Source: an uncultured Trueperaceae bacterium (GTDB lineage: Bacteria; Deinococcota; Deinococci; Deinococcales; Trueperaceae). From it: a stretch of DNA of 42,629 bases. A model generated the notes under the pieces. The model was given only the letters and a program-made list of their open reading frames with translations. It had not been told where the DNA came from and did no database searches. Location of the stretch: NCBI GenBank assembly GCA_963815215.1, contig CAWFFU010000001.1, positions 1 through 42,629 on the forward strand, given 5' to 3'. The translations under genes were made by a program, and so were the position numbers. Below, in pieces: positions 37,413-42,629 of the stretch (position 1 is the stretch's first letter; the number at the start of each line of letters is the position of its first letter).

Positions 37413-39662
37413 TCAGTCCGCCTCGTTCAGCGCCAGGAACGCGTCCACCACCGCGGGGTCGAAGTGCCCGCCCGTCTCCTTCCGGATGTGGGCGATGGCC
37501 TCGTCGTGACTCCATGCCGGCCGGTAGGGACGATCGCTGGTGAGCGCGTCGTAGACGTCCGCCACCGCGAAGATGCGCGCCGCCAGCGGGATCGCTTCGC
37601 CGCTCAGCCCCATCGGATAGCCGGAGCCGTCCCAGCGCTCGTGGTGGGCGGCCGGGATGGCGAGCGCGGGCTTCAGGAAGTGGATGGGCGCCAGCAGGTC
37701 GGCGGCGAAGATGGTGTGCTGGCGCATGCGCGCCCACTCCTCGTCGGTCAGGGCGCCAGGTTTCTGGAGGATGGCGTCGGGCACCCCCATCTTGCCGATG
37801 TCGTGGAGCAGCGCGCCGCGCCGGATGTGGACGAGTTCCTCCTCGGGCCGGCCCATCGCGCGCGCCAGGCGCAAGCTCAGCTCGGTCACCCGGCGCGAGT
37901 GCCCTTCGGTCTCCTTGTCGCGCAAGTCGAGCGCGCGCGACCAGCCCTCGATGGTGGCGTCGTAGGCGGCGCGCAGCTCCTGGTTGCTGGCCGCCAGGTC
38001 GGCGACAAGCGCCGCGTTATCGATGAGGATGGCGCCCTGCGTCGCCACCGTGACCAGGAACTCCAGCCAGTCGGGTCCGACCTCGAGCGGGCTGCGGTGG
38101 GCCACCACCAGGCCGCCCCGCAGGCCGCCGCGCGCGTACATGGGCGCGGCTGCGAGCAACTCGAGGGGCAGCGGGGGCGCACCGGCGTCCGCGCCCAACG
38201 CCCCTTCGATCTGCGGCCGCCCCCGGGCCAGGTAGGGCGTCCCGTCCAGGATCGCGCGACCCACGACGCTGGCGTCTGCCGACAGGCGCCGGGCCGCGGC
38301 CGGGAAGCTCGCCCCACGCGCTTCGAGGAGCTCCAGCTCGGAGCCGTCCGCCGCAGCGACGTAGGCGGCGGCCACATCGATCCCCAGGCCCTCGCGAGCG
38401 GCCTCGAGGAACGTCCCCGCCGCCGACCGCAGGTCGGTGCCGGCGGTGATCGCCGTATCGATGCGCCGCAGCGTCGTCAGCCGCTGGACCTGCGTATGCA
38501 GGTCGCGGTTGAGCACGCGGATGTTCTCCCGCGCCAGCGCCTGTTCGGTGACGTCCCGCTTCGCCGCCACGAAGTGCTCGATCGCCCCGCGGGGACCGAT
38601 GACGGGCGTGATGCTCATCGCCTCGCGATACTCGGAGCCGTCCTTGCGGCGGTTGATGAGCTCGCCGCTCCACGGCCGCCCCGCCGTCACGGTCTCCCAT
38701 AGCGATCGGTAGAAGGCGGGGTCCTGCCGTCCCGAGCCCAGCATGCGGGTGTGCGAAGCCACCAGCTCGTCCTCGCCGTAGCCCGTCAGCCTCAGCGCAT
38801 GCGGGTTCGCCCATTCGATGAAGCCGTCGGGGTCGGTCACCACGATCCCCACCGGGGCGGCCTGCAGGGCGGTGAGCTGCAGCCGCAGGCGCGCCTCGCC
38901 CTCCTCCTCCCGGGTGCGATCGATGAGCGTGCCCACCAGGGTGCGCTCCCCCTCCAGCCTGACCACCTGCTCCAGCGCCTCCACCGGCACCACCGAACCG
39001 TCGCGGCGCAGGCCGCGGAACCGGAAGCGCCGGATCTCGTCCCCGGCGTCCTGCAGGTCCGCGACGTCGTCGGCCACCCAGGCGTGGTCCTCCGGGTGCA
39101 CCACGTCGGCCGGCACGAGCCGCTCCACCACTTCCTCGGGCGTGAAGTCGAAGATCGCGGCGAAGGCCGCGTTGACGTAGGTGAAGCGACCCTCGCGGAT
39201 GGAGTAGGTCCCGGCCAGCACGTTCTCCGCGATCTGTTCCAGGTGCCGCTCGTTGGCCCGTAACTCGTGCTCCAGCGCCCGGTGGCGCTCGAGCGCGGCC
39301 CTGAGCTGACGATCGCGGTTGCGCCAGAGCCCCACGGCGACTCCGAACGCCACCGTGACCAGGGCGGTCGGCACGCCCGGTACCGTCAGGCTCGAGAAGG
39401 GAGCGGCATGATCGAGCACCGTCGCCGTCAGGGTCGAATGCAGTAGCAGCGCGACCAGGGCGGAGGCGACGCCGCCCACCAACCCGTAGCACCAGCCGGC
39501 CACGGCCACCGGCAGCAGCATGAGCGCCGCCGTGTCCACGGCCAGCGCCGGCTCCAGGGCGAAGAACGCCACCCCATAGACAACGAAGCCCCCGATGACG
39601 GAGGCGACCTCCCCGGCGGTCTGCCGTCCACTACGCGTCACTGACAACCCATCCCCTGACAC
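37413..39662 (-). CDS. Membrane PAS-PAS-GAF-HD-GYP c-di-GMP phosphodiesterase
   Basis: N-terminal TM helices, two PAS/PAC domains (VHPED; WSGELINRRKDG), GAF, RDKETEGH, LHDIGK and HHERWDGSGYP. Confidence 0.92.
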   Translation of the reverse strand: MSGDGLSVTRSGRQTAGEVASVIGGFVVYGVAFFALEPALAVDTAALMLLPVAVAGWCYGLVGGVASALVALLLHSTLTATVLDHAAPFSSLTVPGVPTALVTVAFGVAVGLWRNRDRQLRAALERHRALEHELRANERHLEQIAENVLAGTYSIREGRFTYVNAAFAAIFDFTPEEVVERLVPADVVHPEDHAWVADDVADLQDAGDEIRRFRFRGLRRDGSVVPVEALEQVVRLEGERTLVGTLIDRTREEEGEARLRLQLTALQAAPVGIVVTDPDGFIEWANPHALRLTGYGEDELVASHTRMLGSGRQDPAFYRSLWETVTAGRPWSGELINRRKDGSEYREAMSITPVIGPRGAIEHFVAAKRDVTEQALARENIRVLNRDLHTQVQRLTTLRRIDTAITAGTDLRSAAGTFLEAAREGLGIDVAAAYVAAADGSELELLEARGASFPAAARRLSADASVVGRAILDGTPYLARGRPQIEGALGADAGAPPLPLELLAAAPMYARGGLRGGLVVAHRSPLEVGPDWLEFLVTVATQGAILIDNAALVADLAASNQELRAAYDATIEGWSRALDLRDKETEGHSRRVTELSLRLARAMGRPEEELVHIRRGALLHDIGKMGVPDAILQKPGALTDEEWARMRQHTIFAADLLAPIHFLKPALAIPAAHHERWDGSGYPMGLSGEAIPLAARIFAVADVYDALTSDRPYRPAWSHDEAIAHIRKETGGHFDPAVVDAFLALNEAD

Positions 39663-39803
39663 GCCACCTTGCGATCAGCCTCGCCGACCGGGAAGCACGC
39701 AACTCTTACGCCCCCACGCAATGCGTGCTCGCCCGCGCACGTCGGCCTGCCGACAACCTGGCTGGGCGCCGCATCTATAGAGTAAGCCGAGACGGAGGCT
39801 AGC

Positions 39804-40883
39804 ATGCGCTATCGACCCCTCGGCAGGACCGGAACGCTGGTCTCGGAGCTGTGCCTCGGCACCATGACCTTCGGCGGCCAAGGCATCTGGGAGGCCATCG
39901 GCAGCCAGCAGCAGACGGAGGCGACCGCCCTGGTGCGGCGCGCGCTCGAAGGCGGCGTGAACTTCCTCGACACCGCCAACGTCTATTCCATGGGCGCCAG
40001 CGAACGGCTGCTGGGCCAGGCCCTCAAGGACCTGGGGGTGGACCGCAGCCAGGTGGTGCTGGCCAGCAAGGTGCGCGGGCGCATGGCGCCCGGCGTCAAC
40101 CAGTCGGGGCTGAGCCGCGCTCACATCGTCGACCAGGTGCACCGCAGCCTGGAGCGGCTCCAGACCGACCACCTGGACCTCTACCAGATCCACGGTTTCG
40201 ACCCGCTCACGCCGCTGAAGACCACCCTTCGCGCCCTCAACGACCTGGTGCGCGAGGGTACGGTGCGCGCCATCGGCGCCAGCAACCTGGCAGCCTGGCA
40301 ACTCGCACGTGCGTTGTGGATCAGCGACGTGGAGGGGCTCGAGCGCTTCGAGAGCCTTCAGGCCTACTACACCGTGGCGGGGCGGGGCCTGGAGCGGGAG
40401 GTGGCGCCCCTGTTGATCGACCAGGGCCTGGGCCTGATGGTGTGGAGCCCGCTGGCCGGCGGCCTGCTGTCGGGCAAGTTCGACCGTGCCACCGCCAAGG
40501 CCGGCGGCGCCCGGCGCGACAGCTTCGACTTCCCGCCCGTCGACCGTGAGCGGGCGTGGGACGTCGTGGACGTCATGCGCGACATCGGCGGGGCGCACGG
40601 CGTCAGCGTGGCGCAGATCGCACTCGCCTGGTTGCTCCATCAAGATGTCGTCACCAGCGTCATCATCGGCGCCAGGTCGATGGCCCAGCTCGAGGACAAC
40701 CTCGCCAGTCCGGACATCGCGCTGTCGGCCGACGAGCTGGCCCGCCTCGACGCGGCGAGTGCGCTGCCGCCCGAGTACCCGGGCTGGATGGTCGCGCGGC
40801 AAGCGGGCGACCGCGACCTCGCACACCTGTCCGAGAGCGCGCCGCCGGTGCTGGGGGGCGAGCAAGCGAAGACGTCGTCCTGA
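39804..40883 (+). CDS. Aldo/keto reductase
   Basis: LGRTG..VSELCLGTMTFG, DTANVY, ASK, DLYQIH, IGASN, WSPLAGGLL. SD ggagg. Confidence 0.93.
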   Translation: MRYRPLGRTGTLVSELCLGTMTFGGQGIWEAIGSQQQTEATALVRRALEGGVNFLDTANVYSMGASERLLGQALKDLGVDRSQVVLASKVRGRMAPGVNQSGLSRAHIVDQVHRSLERLQTDHLDLYQIHGFDPLTPLKTTLRALNDLVREGTVRAIGASNLAAWQLARALWISDVEGLERFESLQAYYTVAGRGLEREVAPLLIDQGLGLMVWSPLAGGLLSGKFDRATAKAGGARRDSFDFPPVDRERAWDVVDVMRDIGGAHGVSVAQIALAWLLHQDVVTSVIIGARSMAQLEDNLASPDIALSADELARLDAASALPPEYPGWMVARQAGDRDLAHLSESAPPVLGGEQAKTSS

Positions 40884-41009
40884 GGCCGCGCCCGGACCGC
40901 AGCGGCCGCACGGCGGTGCGCGGGTTCGGGCACGAGGCGAGGGGGCACACGAGGAACAGGCGCGCGAGGAACAGGCGCGAGAAGATCGCGTGTCCGGCCG
41001 GCGCGGCGG

Positions 41010-42412
41010 CTAGGGCGTTGCGGTGCCGGGCGTTGCGGCGGGCGCCGCGGTCGGGTCCGCCGCGGTCGGGTCCGCGCGGTGGCGGTCCGCCGGTGCCTGG
41101 TCCGCTGGTGCCTGGTCCGCCGGTGCCGATTCCCCTCGGGGTCCGCGTCGGGCGCCCCCTCCCGGACGGAGCCGCCCACCAGGCTCTCGCTGAACGTGCG
41201 GATCTCGGGGCGGAACGCCGCGCCCACCGCGACCAGCAGCTCGAGCGCGCCGGCCCCCGCGAACAGCGCCGTCAGGTCCCACTTCGCGACCGCGCCGGAG
41301 AGCGCCTGCGAGACCGGCACCAGCCCCGTGTTGGTGAGCATCAGGATGCTCATCATGCGGCCGAGCATCGCCTTGGGGGTGCGCGCCTGCACCCAGGTGA
41401 ACAGCAGGATGGCCGCGTAGCCGTTGCCCACGCCGAGCACGAGCAGCAGGCCGAAGTCGATCCAGGTGGACCCCAGGAAGCCGAGCGCTCCCACCACCAG
41501 CCCGAACGCCGCCAGGAGGCCGATCAGGAGCACGCGCATCGCGGCGCCGCCGATGCGCGGCAGCGAGCCGGCCAGCACGAAGCCCACGAGGTCGCCCCCG
41601 GAGTAGGCGGACATCAGCAGGCCGAACGCCAGCGCGCCCTGCGGGAGTCGCTGGTCGGCCAGCACCGGGATGCCGACCAGCAGCGGGCCGATCAGCAGCA
41701 GGTTGACCGCGGCGAGCAGGAGCACGACGAGGCGCAACGGCCGGTCCGACCAGAGGTAGCGCACGCCGCTGAGGATCGAAGCCCACATGCCCTGCGCCTC
41801 CTCGGCGCCGTCCTCGAGCGAGCGGGCGGCGAAGCCGATCAGGGCCAGACAGGTCGCGGACACGGCGAAGCTCACCGCATCGATGGCGAACGCCAGACCG
41901 ACGCCCGCGAAGGAGCGGGCGTAGGCGCCGATGACGATCCCGGCGAGGGTGGGACCCAGGAAGCCGACGAGCTGCCCCAGACCCATCACGACCGAGTTGC
42001 CCGCCTGCAGATCGCGTTCCTCGACCAGCGTGGGCACGATGCTGTTGGCGGCCGGCACCGCGAAGCCCGCCACCAGGCCGAAGGCCAGCGCGAAGGCGTA
42101 CAGCATCCAGGTCTGGGCGGCGCCCGCGAACACGATGGCGGCCAGGAGCCCGGTCAGCGCGAAGCGCACGACGTCCGACGCGATCATGATGGCGCGCGGC
42201 GAGAACCGGTCGGTGATGGCGCCGCCGATCAGCATGAACGCAGCGCGGGGCACGCCCTCGAGAGCCAGCACGATGCCCAGCGCGAGGGGGTCGCCGGTGA
42301 GCCGCAGCGCCAGCCACGGCATCGCGACCAGCGCGAACTGGTCGCCCAGCAGCGACGTTCCGGTGCCGACGGCGAGGAGCCGGAAGGCGGGGAGGGCGAG
42401 GACGCGCTTCAC
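41010..42412 (-). CDS. MFS transporter (H+ antiporter-3/Tap-like); probable 1-nt indel near 41132
   Basis: About 12 TM, GGAITDRFSPR motif A, Q...P..MLGR. As written the ORF runs to 40640, overlapping the AKR gene. The alternative frame gives a natural tail and a stop at 41010. Confidence 0.85.
41013..41132. repeat. Degenerate 15-bp tandem repeats at the MFS 3' end
   Basis: ggcgttgcgg x2; cgccgcggtcgggtc x2; cgccggtgcctggtc / cgctggtgcctggtc / cgccggtgccgattc. Confidence 0.75.
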
Positions 42413-42589
42413 GGCGCCCGTCCCGTGCGTCCTCCGGGCGCCCGACGCGTCGTCCCGTCGGCGGCGCGCCGGCCGAGGGGGGCGGCGATGCGCGGAAGGG
42501 TGCGTTCGGATTCGTTCGCCGGTGTCCTCACGGGTCGCCTCCGGGGCCGTCGTCCCCTCCGCGCACCACGGGCGCCGAGGAGCGTCAGA

Positions 42590-42618
42590 AGTATAGGCGC
42601 ACCCTTACATATTGACAA
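42590..42618 (-). promoter_or_regulatory. Sigma70-type promoter pointing to the MFS gene
   Basis: On the minus strand: TTGTCA (42618-42613), 17 bp, TATACT (42595-42590). Confidence 0.6.
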
Positions 42619-42629
42619 GTATTGCTTTA

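Overview
Very GC-rich (by eye about 70% or more) bacterial chromosomal window. It is probably Deinococcota: this is inferred from a Thermus-type GH36 alpha-galactosidase and from repeated TAnnnT boxes 5-6 nt before start codons, which suggest leaderless mRNAs. About 33 genes. Six encode c-di-GMP enzymes: one GGDEF-EAL, three GGDEF and two HD-GYP. The rest include an arsR-orf-arsM/arsN2 fusion operon, a P1B-4 heavy-metal ATPase with a Fur-family-like box, an FAD oxidoreductase, an ABC-2 exporter pair, kup, a USP, an SDR, DUF190, a flavodoxin-like protein, an AEC transporter, DinB, an M16 peptidase pair, a DHFR-like protein, acs-satP, a frameshifted alpha-galactosidase, a DoxX gene between two secreted-protein genes with a CsoR-type box upstream, an aldo-keto reductase and an MFS transporter. 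The standout is 31824..33986: one ORF fusing a membrane sensor region and an intact diguanylate cyclase (RxxD, GGEEF) to a complete class I terpene synthase (DDxxD, NSE and WxxxxxRY motifs). Also notable are a family of ~50-bp dispersed repeats forming inverted pairs (MITE/REP-like), a decayed histidine-kinase remnant, pervasive 12-18 bp tandem repeats, and three apparent single-base frameshifts that may be assembly errors. No rRNA, tRNA, CRISPR array or transposase was seen.
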